Origin: Chitinophagales bacterium
Lineage (GTDB): Bacteria; Bacteroidota; Bacteroidia; Chitinophagales; JADIYW01
Reading direction: 5' to 3'
DNA length: 64,000 nt
Assembly (NCBI GenBank): GCA_023957245.1
Contig: JAMLHJ010000014.1
Coordinates: forward strand, 16,248 to 80,247
In this document: positions 1 to 9,325 of the stretch, in pieces
Position numbering within the stretch: the first letter of the stretch is position 1
Layout: each line of letters begins with the position of its first letter
Position numbers and translations under genes: made by a program
The notes under the pieces: generated by a model
Told to the model about the DNA's origin: nothing
Databases searched by the model: none
Seen by the model: the letters and a program-made list of their open reading frames with translations, nothing else

Positions 1-21
1 TTAGAAGTTTATTATTTCAAG

Positions 22-3000
22 ATGGCCGAACACAACTATTATAGCGAGATACAAGAAATTCATCATTCAGACTTGTCCTTATCTGAGCGATATTTTGCAT
101 TGCGAAAACTGTTAGAAAATATATTAAAAACACTTACTCAAGACCAAGAGTTACAATTCCCTGATTTATATTCCAAACTGACATTTGCGTGTGAACATTT
201 TGGCTTAAATAGTCATCAGCAGCTGAGAATTCAAATGTTTAGAAAAAATGCCCATCTCATCTTGCTCAAAGAAAAGTCAGCAACACATGAAATGTATATT
301 TATGATTTTTCAACATTTGTAAGAACAATTCATCTGTTTACAGGATTGCCCATCCCCCACCAACTCCAGCAAGAATTATTGCCTATAACTACTTTAGAAG
401 AGCCTTTCAATCATCTTAATAAAGAGAAACATAGACATATTTCACTCATAAGATTTTATGTCAAAGAAGTTCATTCCAATTATTTTATAGGTCATTCAGA
501 TGAAATAGAAGGTGATCTGTGCCAATTAGAATTTGACTTAGAAACTTCACTTTTTAAAGAAACCTTATCTCATATTGATGCAGGGCAAATCTTACATTTA
601 GTTGATTGTCAAGTCAATGATAAAAAAATAAATGCTCAAATAATTATTACAGAACCCGATTACTTAATTGACATCAGTACTATCGCAGAATGTATAAAAG
701 AGCATGGGCAACATCCTTATTTTTATTATATCAATAGACTAAGAAGTAAGACCACTTCCACACCGATATTGATAGGAAATATTGCTAATCAATTTTTAGA
801 TATTTTTGTTCATGCTCCTAAAGACAAAGAAATTCCTTTCCTTGATACAATCAAACAAATATTTAAACTCTTCCCTTTTGACATTAGCACCAATTCAGAT
901 TTGGATGATAGGGAAAAAATGAAATCATTTATCAGTCAAGCCGAGCAACAATTCAATCATATAAAATATATTGTCAGAGAAGTTTTTCCCAAATTAAATA
1001 TTGATGTCAATCAATCTATATTAGAACCTAGTTTTATCTGTACAGCCCTGGGTATTCAAGGGCGTTTGGATTTTTTAGCGATAGACCAGCCTTATACCAC
1101 CGTAATAGAATTGAAATCAGGCAAAGCTCCTTTTCCAGAAAATAGAACAGATTTGATAGCAACAAGCCATAAAGCTCAGTTATTTCTATATCAAATCGTC
1201 ATTCAATTAGTCTTAGGCATAAAATTTAAAGACATTCACTCCTACCTTCTTTACTCCAAATATCCAGAGCCTAATTCTAATATGCGTATGGTCAAACCAT
1301 ATATGGATGGGATAAAAGAAATCTTAAACGTCAGAAACCAAATAGCAAATATTGAAAGAAAAATTGCTCATGATGGAAGTATTTTACCTCAATTGATAAA
1401 TAATATTACACCTCAAAATATTATCAACCCACATAATTATAATGAACGATTTGTTCAACAATACATTATTCCTCAAATAGAGCAATTTAGGCTTCCTTTT
1501 CAAAATGCTAGTTCATTGGAACTCGCATATTTTTATCAATTTTATGAGTTTGTCAGCAAAGAATTATATATATCAAAAGCTGGAGTTACTCACCATGAAC
1601 AGACACTTGGGCACTCATCATTATGGTTAAATGATGCAGAAGAAAAATTAGATGCTGGAGATATTTTATTGGATTTACAAATTGTAGAAAATTTTTCAGA
1701 CCAAATTCCACCAAAAATTCGATTAGCAATTCCGGAATACGGCGACTGTTTTCTCCCTAATTTTCGACAAGGAGATATTGTCTTGCTCTATGAACGCAAT
1801 ACACCTCAGGACAATGTAAGCAATAAGGAAATTATTAGAGGAAGCATTACACATATCCAACACAATGAAATAGTTGTCCAGCTCAGAAACACACAAAATA
1901 AAGCGATATGCTTCCCTGATGAAAGCAAATATGCAATAGAACATGATTTTATGGACTCTTCGTATGGAGGTATGTTCAGAGGACTTTATAGTTTTTTGCA
2001 AGCCAATGAGAATAGAAAAAAACTTATTCTTCATCAGCGTCCATTAGAAATTGATAGCTCACAACAACTTGAACATACATGTATCAATCAGGAAATTGAA
2101 GAAATTATTTTAAAAGCCAAACAAGCCAAAGATTATTTCCTACTTATCGGCCCTCCTGGAACTGGGAAGACTTCTATTGCTTTAAAATCCATGGTGAAAG
2201 AATTTTATTCAGACAATCAAAACAATATTTTGCTACTCTCCTATACCAATAGAGCTGTTGATGAAATCTGTGCTTCGATCGAAGAAATTGACCCCAAAAT
2301 AGAATATATTAGAATAGGTTCTGAACAATCTACTGACAGCCAATTTCATCCTCGATTATTACAAAATTTGCTAAAAGATTTATCAAAAAGAGATGAGGTC
2401 AAAAATGTACTTCACCAATGCCGAGTATTTGTTGGAACAGTCGCATCGATATCTGGAAAACTAGAGCTTTTCAGTCTCAAACAATTTCAGGTAGCTATTA
2501 TTGATGAAGCCTCTCAAATACTTGAACCTCAATTAATAGGCATATTATCTGCAAAACATTCATCTAATCGAAATGCTATCGAAAAATTTATTCTTATTGG
2601 AGATCACAAACAAATTCCTGCGATTGTAGTACAAAGCCCTCAATCTTCTATCATTAAAAATAAAGAACTACTTCAAATTGGATTGACAGACAGAAGAATT
2701 TCACTCTTTGAACGTTTGTATAGATACCACGAGCAAGATAATCCTTCACCACATTGGGCGATGCTCAAAAGACAAGGACGTATGCATGAAGAAATAGCTT
2801 CATTCTCAAATCAATATTTTTATGAAAATCAATTAAATACTGTTCCTACTAAACATCAAGCTGAAAAACTGGTTTGGGGAAAATGGAATATTGACAACCC
2901 AATTCAAAATATTATAGCAACAAAAAGAGTGGCATTTTTCCCTTCAGAAAAAAATGAAAAAGATATTTCCTTTAAAACCAATTCCAATGAAGCAGAAATA

Positions 3001-3417
3001 GTCGTAAATCTTGTCAAAAATATTTTTCAATTGTATGAAAGTCACCATTTAGAATTTGAACCTAAATTATCTGTTGGAGTCATTACGCCATACAGAAGTC
3101 AGATAGCATTAATTAAGAAAGGGATACACCTTTTGAACATTCCTCAACTCAATGAAATGACTGTCGATACGGTAGAAAGATATCAAGGTTCACAAAGAGA
3201 CATCATCATCTATTCATTTTGTGTCAATCATCCCTCACAATTAAAGACTTTATCGAATACATTTATCGAAAACAATCAAATCATTGACCGAAAACTTAAT
3301 GTTGCTTTGACCCGTGCCAAAAAGCAGATGTTTATCATTGGGAATCCATTCTTTTTATTAGAAAATAAAACCTTTAATGATTTAATCAACCATATTGAAA
3401 ACCAACAAAAAGTATAA
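22..3417 (+). CDS. Dna2/Nhi-like nuclease-helicase: RecB-family PD-(D/E)XK nuclease domain fused to a Upf1/DNA2-type SF1 helicase
   Basis: 1131-aa ORF. Nuclease motifs: D350 (RLDFLAID), E363-x-K365 (VIELKSGK), QxxxY (QLFLY, aa 386-390). Helicase motifs: Walker A GPPGTGKTS, Walker B IIDEASQ, VDTVERYQGSQRD, LNVALTRAKK. Confidence 0.8.
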   Translation: MAEHNYYSEIQEIHHSDLSLSERYFALRKLLENILKTLTQDQELQFPDLYSKLTFACEHFGLNSHQQLRIQMFRKNAHLILLKEKSATHEMYIYDFSTFVRTIHLFTGLPIPHQLQQELLPITTLEEPFNHLNKEKHRHISLIRFYVKEVHSNYFIGHSDEIEGDLCQLEFDLETSLFKETLSHIDAGQILHLVDCQVNDKKINAQIIITEPDYLIDISTIAECIKEHGQHPYFYYINRLRSKTTSTPILIGNIANQFLDIFVHAPKDKEIPFLDTIKQIFKLFPFDISTNSDLDDREKMKSFISQAEQQFNHIKYIVREVFPKLNIDVNQSILEPSFICTALGIQGRLDFLAIDQPYTTVIELKSGKAPFPENRTDLIATSHKAQLFLYQIVIQLVLGIKFKDIHSYLLYSKYPEPNSNMRMVKPYMDGIKEILNVRNQIANIERKIAHDGSILPQLINNITPQNIINPHNYNERFVQQYIIPQIEQFRLPFQNASSLELAYFYQFYEFVSKELYISKAGVTHHEQTLGHSSLWLNDAEEKLDAGDILLDLQIVENFSDQIPPKIRLAIPEYGDCFLPNFRQGDIVLLYERNTPQDNVSNKEIIRGSITHIQHNEIVVQLRNTQNKAICFPDESKYAIEHDFMDSSYGGMFRGLYSFLQANENRKKLILHQRPLEIDSSQQLEHTCINQEIEEIILKAKQAKDYFLLIGPPGTGKTSIALKSMVKEFYSDNQNNILLLSYTNRAVDEICASIEEIDPKIEYIRIGSEQSTDSQFHPRLLQNLLKDLSKRDEVKNVLHQCRVFVGTVASISGKLELFSLKQFQVAIIDEASQILEPQLIGILSAKHSSNRNAIEKFILIGDHKQIPAIVVQSPQSSIIKNKELLQIGLTDRRISLFERLYRYHEQDNPSPHWAMLKRQGRMHEEIASFSNQYFYENQLNTVPTKHQAEKLVWGKWNIDNPIQNIIATKRVAFFPSEKNEKDISFKTNSNEAEIVVNLVKNIFQLYESHHLEFEPKLSVGVITPYRSQIALIKKGIHLLNIPQLNEMTVDTVERYQGSQRDIIIYSFCVNHPSQLKTLSNTFIENNQIIDRKLNVALTRAKKQMFIIGNPFFLLENKTFNDLINHIENQQKV

Positions 3418-3549
3418 AATACAATCAAACGACATATTTAAAAGTCAATAATTTTTTTAAATTATTATTAAACTATTGAGTTTCACTTGATTTATCAAAA
3501 ATCAATAATGAACTTTACTATATTAGTATTTTAGAAGTTTGAAAATAAA

Positions 3550-4767
3550 ATGAAAGATTATTCAAGGGAATCATTAGCACTACACGAAAAACTACGTGGA
3601 AAAATCAGTGTAGAGTTAAAAACCGAATTAGAAACGAAGGAAGATATGACGCTTTGCTATTCTCCAGGAGTAGCAGAACCATGTATGCAAATAGCCAATG
3701 ACCCTGACAAGGCTTGGACACTCACATCAAAAGGAAATATGGTCGCTGTATTGACAGATGGTACAGCAGTATTAGGTTTGGGGAATATTGGGCCAGCAGC
3801 TGCAATGCCCGTAATGGAAGGGAAAGCGATGCTTTTCAAAAGATTTGGAGGCGTAGATGCTTTTCCTATTTGCTTAGATACTCAAGACACAGAAGAGATT
3901 ATCCGTACTGTTAGATTATTGGCACCGGGATTTGGAGGATTTAATCTAGAAGATATTTCATCTCCACGTTGTTTTGAAATCGAAGAGAGATTGCAAGATT
4001 TAGGTATTCCAGTTTTCCATGATGACCAACACGGAACAGCCATTGTTACTGTTGCAGGATTGATCAATGCTTGTAAATTATTAAACAAAGAAATAAAAGA
4101 TTTAAAAGTCGTCATCAATGGTGCGGGTGCAGCTGGTATTGCTATCGCTAATTTGTTGAATGGCAAAGATTTGGATCCTGATGTTTTCACTCCTGTGAAA
4201 GAAATCATCATTTGTGACACCAAAGGAATTATTCATAAAGACCGAAAAGATCTGAATGCATTTAAAACTTCCCTTCTAACCTATTCCAATCCTAGAAATA
4301 TCAAAGGAACAGTTCGTGATGCTATCAAAGATGCTGATGTTTTTGTAGGTGTAAGCTCTGAAAATATTTTGATTCCTGCTGACATCAGAACAATGGCTAA
4401 AGATCCTATCATCTTTGCACTCGCCAATCCCAATCCCGAAATCACTCCAGAACTAGCTTATGAAGGTGGAGCAGGTGTCGTAGGAACAGGTCGTAGCGAT
4501 TTACCTAATCAAGTCAATAACGTATTGGCATTCCCCGGAATTTTTAAAGGAGCTTTGGAAATCAGAGCTTCAAGAATCACCCCAAGAATGAAACTTGCTG
4601 CTGCTCATGCAATTGCTGAGGCAGTAGGAGAAATAAGCAGAGACCATATTATCCCATCTTCTCTCAATCTAGGTATTGCAGATAAAGTGGCAGAAGCTGT
4701 TAAAGAAGCATGGCTACAGGAATTGGAAATTGCTCAGCTAATGGAAGTTGTCAATCACCCTTTATAA
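3550..4767 (+). CDS. NAD(P)-dependent malic enzyme (short form, no PTA domain)
   Basis: 405 aa. N-terminus LALHEKLRGKI...YSPGVAEPC, GLGNIGPAAAMPVMEGKA and Rossmann GAGAAGIA are typical of prokaryotic malic enzymes. Confidence 0.9.
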   Translation: MKDYSRESLALHEKLRGKISVELKTELETKEDMTLCYSPGVAEPCMQIANDPDKAWTLTSKGNMVAVLTDGTAVLGLGNIGPAAAMPVMEGKAMLFKRFGGVDAFPICLDTQDTEEIIRTVRLLAPGFGGFNLEDISSPRCFEIEERLQDLGIPVFHDDQHGTAIVTVAGLINACKLLNKEIKDLKVVINGAGAAGIAIANLLNGKDLDPDVFTPVKEIIICDTKGIIHKDRKDLNAFKTSLLTYSNPRNIKGTVRDAIKDADVFVGVSSENILIPADIRTMAKDPIIFALANPNPEITPELAYEGGAGVVGTGRSDLPNQVNNVLAFPGIFKGALEIRASRITPRMKLAAAHAIAEAVGEISRDHIIPSSLNLGIADKVAEAVKEAWLQELEIAQLMEVVNHPL

Positions 4768-4786
4768 TTTAATATTATACAATATC

Positions 4787-4821
4787 AAAATCTCTTCAAT
4801 TAGCTTTGAAGAGATTTTTTT
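4787..4821. terminator. Bidirectional hairpin terminator between convergent genes
   Basis: aaaatctcttcaa / ttgaagagatttt inverted repeat followed by a T-run. Lies between the malic enzyme stop and the stop of the minus-strand membrane protein. Confidence 0.6.
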
Positions 4822-5764
4822 ATATCCAATCTGCAAAAACATAAATCAAATAATACCATATCAGCGAACCATCATACCACAGCATAATCTCCCATTTCTG
4901 AGCTCTTTTGCTACGCAAGATTGTTTTATATAAAAGTGCAAGGAGAAGAATAGAAATCCCTAATTGGAACATCAGATTTCTAACAAAAAATTTATCTATC
5001 CAAAGAAAAAGCACAAATAGATATACAAAAGTCAATATAGTTAGTAAAATTTTAGATTTTTTGATTCCAATTAAAATCGGAATAGTATTGACACCTACTT
5101 CTTTATCTACTTCTACATCATTGATATCAAAAGGTAAAGTGATGATAAAAATAAATAGAAATTGAATAAAAAATAATTGAATCATTTTCATATCCCAACT
5201 CCACCCATATTTTTCCACCCAAGGCAAAACTACTGCCATTGATGCCCATACAATAGCTATTAAAAAAATCTTAGCAAATGGGATTCGGCGTATTGTCAAG
5301 ATTTTATTGCCAATAGGAATATTGACATTATACAGAAAAGAAATAATACCCAAACAAAACAAAACAACCACACCTTCAATATTTGCCTTAAACGTTGCAA
5401 TACCTCCGACAACAACACTTAACACCAAACATAACTTCACTACATATTTATGTTCGTCCATCCAATAATACAACTTATCCTTACTCAATTCCTCTTGAAC
5501 TTTCTTAAAAAAAGTCCATCTACTAAATTGATAAATAAACATTGTTGCTGAACCTATTAAAAAATAGATTATCCAAACATCTTTCCAATCTATACCTAAA
5601 AAATAAGTGTTGCTTAAAGCAAATGCAATAGCACCAAGGGTAATATAAATATCGCTAAAGATTATCCATTGTGCTAAATTTTCAAATTTTTGAATAATTA
5701 GTCTAAAAAAGTGATTTGTATGCTGAACGTCCAAACTCATTTTAATGTATTTCAAATATATCAT
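4820..5764 (-). CDS. UbiA-like polytopic membrane prenyltransferase family protein (start uncertain; alternative Met at 5740)
   Basis: 314 aa, about 8 hydrophobic segments. One Asp-rich motif, FDINDVEVDKEVGVNTIPILIG, resembles the second UbiA motif. No clear first NDxxDxxxD motif. Confidence 0.5.
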   Translation of the reverse strand: MIYLKYIKMSLDVQHTNHFFRLIIQKFENLAQWIIFSDIYITLGAIAFALSNTYFLGIDWKDVWIIYFLIGSATMFIYQFSRWTFFKKVQEELSKDKLYYWMDEHKYVVKLCLVLSVVVGGIATFKANIEGVVVLFCLGIISFLYNVNIPIGNKILTIRRIPFAKIFLIAIVWASMAVVLPWVEKYGWSWDMKMIQLFFIQFLFIFIITLPFDINDVEVDKEVGVNTIPILIGIKKSKILLTILTFVYLFVLFLWIDKFFVRNLMFQLGISILLLALLYKTILRSKRAQKWEIMLWYDGSLIWYYLIYVFADWI

Positions 5765-6026
5765 TCCAATCCAAAAAAGAAATATCTTTATTTATAAAAC
5801 TGACATTTTTTAACTTCATATTATCACTTTACAATAAAAAACTCTGCTAATTATTAAAATAATGAAAATCCTAACACTTATTTCACAAAATGCCCATATA
5901 CCAATATGATGAATTTCATTACTTTTGTTGCGTCAATGAAAAGATTTGCCTTCCAATATTTTTGGTATAACAAATTAATAACATTGACTTCAAAATACAT
6001 TTTTGACAAACATATATCTTAGATAC

Positions 6027-6950
6027 ATGAATATTCCCAGTTTAAGAGGTGTAGGGGTCGCATTAGTTACACCCTTTAATTCACAGAAAGAAGTCGATTT
6101 CGACAAATTCGAACAAGTCATTAATTATGTCATTGAAAATGGCGTAGATAATATTGTTGCATTAGGAACAACAGGAGAATCAGCTACTCTTAATAAAGAA
6201 GAGAAACAAAGTGTAATTAATAAAGCTGTTGAAGTTGCAGACAAACGTGTATCAGTAATTGCTGGTTTCGGTGGCAATAACACTATGGAAATCGTCAAAG
6301 ATTTGCAAACATTTGATTTGACTGGTGTCGATGGCATATTATCTGTATCTCCTGCTTACAATAAACCTACACAAGAAGGAATATATGAGCATTTCAAAAC
6401 GATAGCATTAAGTACAGATTTGCCAATTATTCTTTATAATGTACCTGGAAGGACATCTAGTAATATCAGAACTACAACTACCTTACAATTGGCTCATGAG
6501 TTTAAAAACATCATAGGAATCAAGGAAGCGTCAACAGATTGGGGGCAAATATTGGATTTGGCAAGAAATAAACCTGAGAACTTTTTATTATTATCAGGAA
6601 ACGATGATTTGATTGTTCCTCAGATAGCATTGGGTTATGATGGAGTTATCTCTGTAATCGGCAATGTTACTCCAAAATTGTTTTCTACAATGGTTCACAG
6701 TGCTTTAGATGGTGATTTTGATACTGCTAGAAGAATACTATTTGAGTTGGATGAATTGATAGCTATGATGTTCGAGCAAGGCAATCCTGCTGGAGCCAAA
6801 TGTGCATTGGAGCACATAGGAATCTGTTCAGATGAATTACGTCTGCCGCTTGTTCCTGTCAATTATGATTTAAGAAAAAGAATTGGTCAAAAATTAGTTG
6901 GCCTTAGCAAAGAGTTTAGAGATATTATTAATCATCACTCTAAATCTTAA
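6027..6950 (+). CDS. dapA: 4-hydroxy-tetrahydrodipicolinate synthase
   Basis: GTTGES, YNVPGRT and the active-site Lys context IIGIKEAS. The ATG at 6027 is preferred over the TTG at 6003 in the ORF track. Confidence 0.9.
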   Translation: MNIPSLRGVGVALVTPFNSQKEVDFDKFEQVINYVIENGVDNIVALGTTGESATLNKEEKQSVINKAVEVADKRVSVIAGFGGNNTMEIVKDLQTFDLTGVDGILSVSPAYNKPTQEGIYEHFKTIALSTDLPIILYNVPGRTSSNIRTTTTLQLAHEFKNIIGIKEASTDWGQILDLARNKPENFLLLSGNDDLIVPQIALGYDGVISVIGNVTPKLFSTMVHSALDGDFDTARRILFELDELIAMMFEQGNPAGAKCALEHIGICSDELRLPLVPVNYDLRKRIGQKLVGLSKEFRDIINHHSKS

Positions 6951-6969
6951 AGATTTTCAGAAAAATAGC

Positions 6970-7004
6970 AACGGGGTGTACTTCAATGTGCATCCCGTTT
7001 TTTT
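6970..7004 (+). terminator. Rho-independent terminator after dapA
   Basis: aacgggg...cccgtt stem followed by tttttttatttg. Confidence 0.55.
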
Positions 7005-7082
7005 ATTTGTAAAAAGAAATTCAAGAGCTAAAAAGATAGCAAAAAGTATAAAATCTAGAGAAAATATTCTTCAGCCCAAAAT

Positions 7083-8000
7083 CTATTCCTCCAATACCAT
7101 CTCAACATAAGGAATACAGACATCATAACCCATTTTTTTGAAATAAGATTGAGTATTTGCTAGTGTATCATGCATCGTTAGTAGCACAAAATCACCTCCC
7201 CACGCACCTAATGACTTTATAACTCCTTGATAATCTGAAAACAGCTGCGATTGAACAGTAGGAATTTGAAGTATTTGAGAAATAATAGCTTCATGACGCA
7301 ATATCAATATTTCAAATTCCTGTAAACTTGTACATTCCAAAATTTGTGTGGTAATTTTATCAATATCTTTTATCCAAGATTTTTTATCCGATTGGATAGC
7401 ACGATAATGTTGAATACCTTCCCTACTATTCTGTTTTTTACCTAAATATAAAAAAGCCAATTTGTCTCTAAAAACAGGGTCAAATTTTGCATTTTTTACC
7501 ACTCTACTACCTTGATAAATTTGATACAATATCGGTGAAGATGAATTGGCACAAGCAATATCATAACCAGAACCACCAAAGCTAATTTTCAATAACTCAT
7601 AAGGGTCTGCCTTCCACCATTGTGCTAATAACGCAATTAAAGTTGAGCTAGAACCCAAACCCCAATCATTGGGAAACTCTAGATTTGTTTCTACCTGACA
7701 ACCTGAAAGATTGAATTTTAAATTATCTGATGCATAAACCAATAATTTTTCAAGATAAGAACTATTCTCAGGATGACTGATTGAAGTCCACTTTTGTTGC
7801 TGAATATCCCAATATCCTTCCAACCAAATATTACCTTGATTATCCTTACTTTTCCAATGTAGCAATTTATTATCTGGCTGAAACTTCACTTCCATTCGCT
7901 GACCTAAACGAGTAGGCAAGGCAAGTGACATAGCACCATCTAAAACCAGATATTCACCAGTCAGCAATAATTTACCATGTGCATAATATTGCTCAGCCAC
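7083..8000 (-). CDS. GYDIA-family GHMP kinase (putative phosphomevalonate kinase)
   Basis: 305 aa. GHMP ATP-binding motif GLGSSSTLIALL and the family signature GSGYDIACA. Adjacent to HMG-CoA reductase and fni. Confidence 0.8.
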   Translation of the reverse strand: MAEQYYAHGKLLLTGEYLVLDGAMSLALPTRLGQRMEVKFQPDNKLLHWKSKDNQGNIWLEGYWDIQQQKWTSISHPENSSYLEKLLVYASDNLKFNLSGCQVETNLEFPNDWGLGSSSTLIALLAQWWKADPYELLKISFGGSGYDIACANSSSPILYQIYQGSRVVKNAKFDPVFRDKLAFLYLGKKQNSREGIQHYRAIQSDKKSWIKDIDKITTQILECTSLQEFEILILRHEAIISQILQIPTVQSQLFSDYQGVIKSLGAWGGDFVLLTMHDTLANTQSYFKKMGYDVCIPYVEMVLEE

Positions 8001-8003
8001 AAT

Positions 8004-9323
8004 CTAAGATTTCTTTACCTCGTCACTTCTCACTTGATCCAACATTACTCTCACATTGGTGAAAGAAACAATTTTATCTCTAAAATATTCCAAAGCATAA
8101 TGCTTTTCATCATCAGAAGCTTCTAAATGATTCAAAATATTCAACAAATGCATTTTCATGTGACCTTTTTGTATTCCGACAGTTGTCATCGCTTTGATAG
8201 CAGCAAAATTTTGAGCCAATCCAGAAACTGCAACTATCATCATCAGTTCACGAGCATCTGGATAACCTAGCATCTGCATACATCTTTTAACCAATGGGTG
8301 AAGTTGAGTAAGACCACCGACCGTCCCGACAGCCAAAGGCAAATCTATCCAAAACTTAAAAATACCATTTTCAATACTACAATGCGTCAAACTTCTATAT
8401 TGACCATCTTTTGAAGCATAAGTATGCCCACAAGCTTCCACAGCCCTAAAATCATTGCCTGTCGCAATAATAACAGCATCTACACCATTGAAAATCCCTT
8501 TGTTATGAGTGGTAGCACGATGAGGATCGACTTCTGCAATTCGGATAGCTTTTTTGAATTTTTGAGCAAATTCTTGAGCTGGTACGCCACTGATTGTCCC
8601 CAAATCTTCTATTGGACATTCTACCCATGCACGGGCAATGCACTCTGGAGTATAATTGGAGACAATAGACATGATGATATATGGACTGTCATTGTATTTT
8701 TCAACGGAAACAACCTGCTTGATGAGTTGAGCCATCTCTTCCAATACCGTATTGATATAATTGGCTCCCATGGAGTCACAAGTCTGAAAACTTACCTTCA
8801 ACTGAAATAAATCTGGTTCTTGTGTTGTAAAATCTACTAATTCAACATCGACAACACCTCCACCTCTCGCTTCCATATTTACACTCAGATAGGCACTATT
8901 CTCCAATAAAAACTGTTTGATACTAGCAAAATCAGCTTTCAATTTTGCGACATCACCTTGAAAAGAAAAGTGAACTTGCCCAATCTTTTTCGTATCAAAT
9001 ATTTCAGCTTTAAAGCCACCTTTATCCATCCAAAACTTGCCCGTCTTTGCCATTGCAGCTACGACTGAGCTTTCTTCAATAGCCATCGGCAAAGCATAAG
9101 GTTTGCCATTGATGATAAAGTTGGGTGCTATACCCAAAGGCATATAAAAATTGGTAATCGTATTTTCAGTAAACTCATCAAATGACTTTTGAATCTGTTC
9201 ATCTTTATGTAGAAAACCTTCAAATTCTTCTTTGACTTTTTTATCGCCATCGAAAAAATTTTCTACCAACCAATCCATTTTCTGAGTTTTGGACAACTTA
9301 GAATATCCTTCAATTGTTTTCAT
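8004..9323 (-). CDS. Hydroxymethylglutaryl-CoA reductase (bacterial type)
   Basis: 439 aa. Motifs EESSVVAA, CDSMGANYINT and AVGTVGG. Confidence 0.9.
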   Translation of the reverse strand: MKTIEGYSKLSKTQKMDWLVENFFDGDKKVKEEFEGFLHKDEQIQKSFDEFTENTITNFYMPLGIAPNFIINGKPYALPMAIEESSVVAAMAKTGKFWMDKGGFKAEIFDTKKIGQVHFSFQGDVAKLKADFASIKQFLLENSAYLSVNMEARGGGVVDVELVDFTTQEPDLFQLKVSFQTCDSMGANYINTVLEEMAQLIKQVVSVEKYNDSPYIIMSIVSNYTPECIARAWVECPIEDLGTISGVPAQEFAQKFKKAIRIAEVDPHRATTHNKGIFNGVDAVIIATGNDFRAVEACGHTYASKDGQYRSLTHCSIENGIFKFWIDLPLAVGTVGGLTQLHPLVKRCMQMLGYPDARELMMIVAVSGLAQNFAAIKAMTTVGIQKGHMKMHLLNILNHLEASDDEKHYALEYFRDKIVSFTNVRVMLDQVRSDEVKKS

Positions 9324-9325
9324 AC

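Noticed and set aside
1-21. ttagaagttt occurs both at 1-10 and at 3531-3540, each shortly upstream of a start codon.
   Set aside because: A 10-mer match in AT-rich DNA is too weak to call a shared regulatory element. It is only a partial match to the -7 box consensus.
1723-2034. 103-aa minus-strand ORF inside the nuclease-helicase gene. The same class includes 3657-3839, 3714-3914, 3882-4223, 6125-6337, 8424-8810, 11576-11815, 16724-16948, 20053-20469, 20754-21146, 23409-23714, 25169-25423, 25676-26080, 33032-33283, 33340-33723, 39649-39999, 43701-43982, 48904-49092, 52391-52639, 54997-55290 and 59943-60143.
   Set aside because: All are fully embedded, antisense or out of frame, in genes with strong recognisable protein motifs. 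Their products are low-complexity or hydrophobic artefacts of AT-rich sequence, with no independent start context.
6003-6026. N-terminal extensions in the ORF track: dapA from 6003, argE-like from 16299, YkuD-like to 19654, merC-like from 26856, parD to 28332, pyrB from 33311, lipid kinase from 51138, and the low-complexity lipoprotein to 38785.
   Set aside because: The extensions overlap the upstream gene or precede a clear signal peptide or conserved N-terminus. Internal ATGs give products matching family N-termini and typical ATGA or TAATG coupling.
5765-6026. Looked for a lysine riboswitch or other leader upstream of dapA.
   Set aside because: No conserved L-box core or convincing multi-stem structure is visible. 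The region is plain AT-rich divergent promoter DNA with only a 15-codon ORF.
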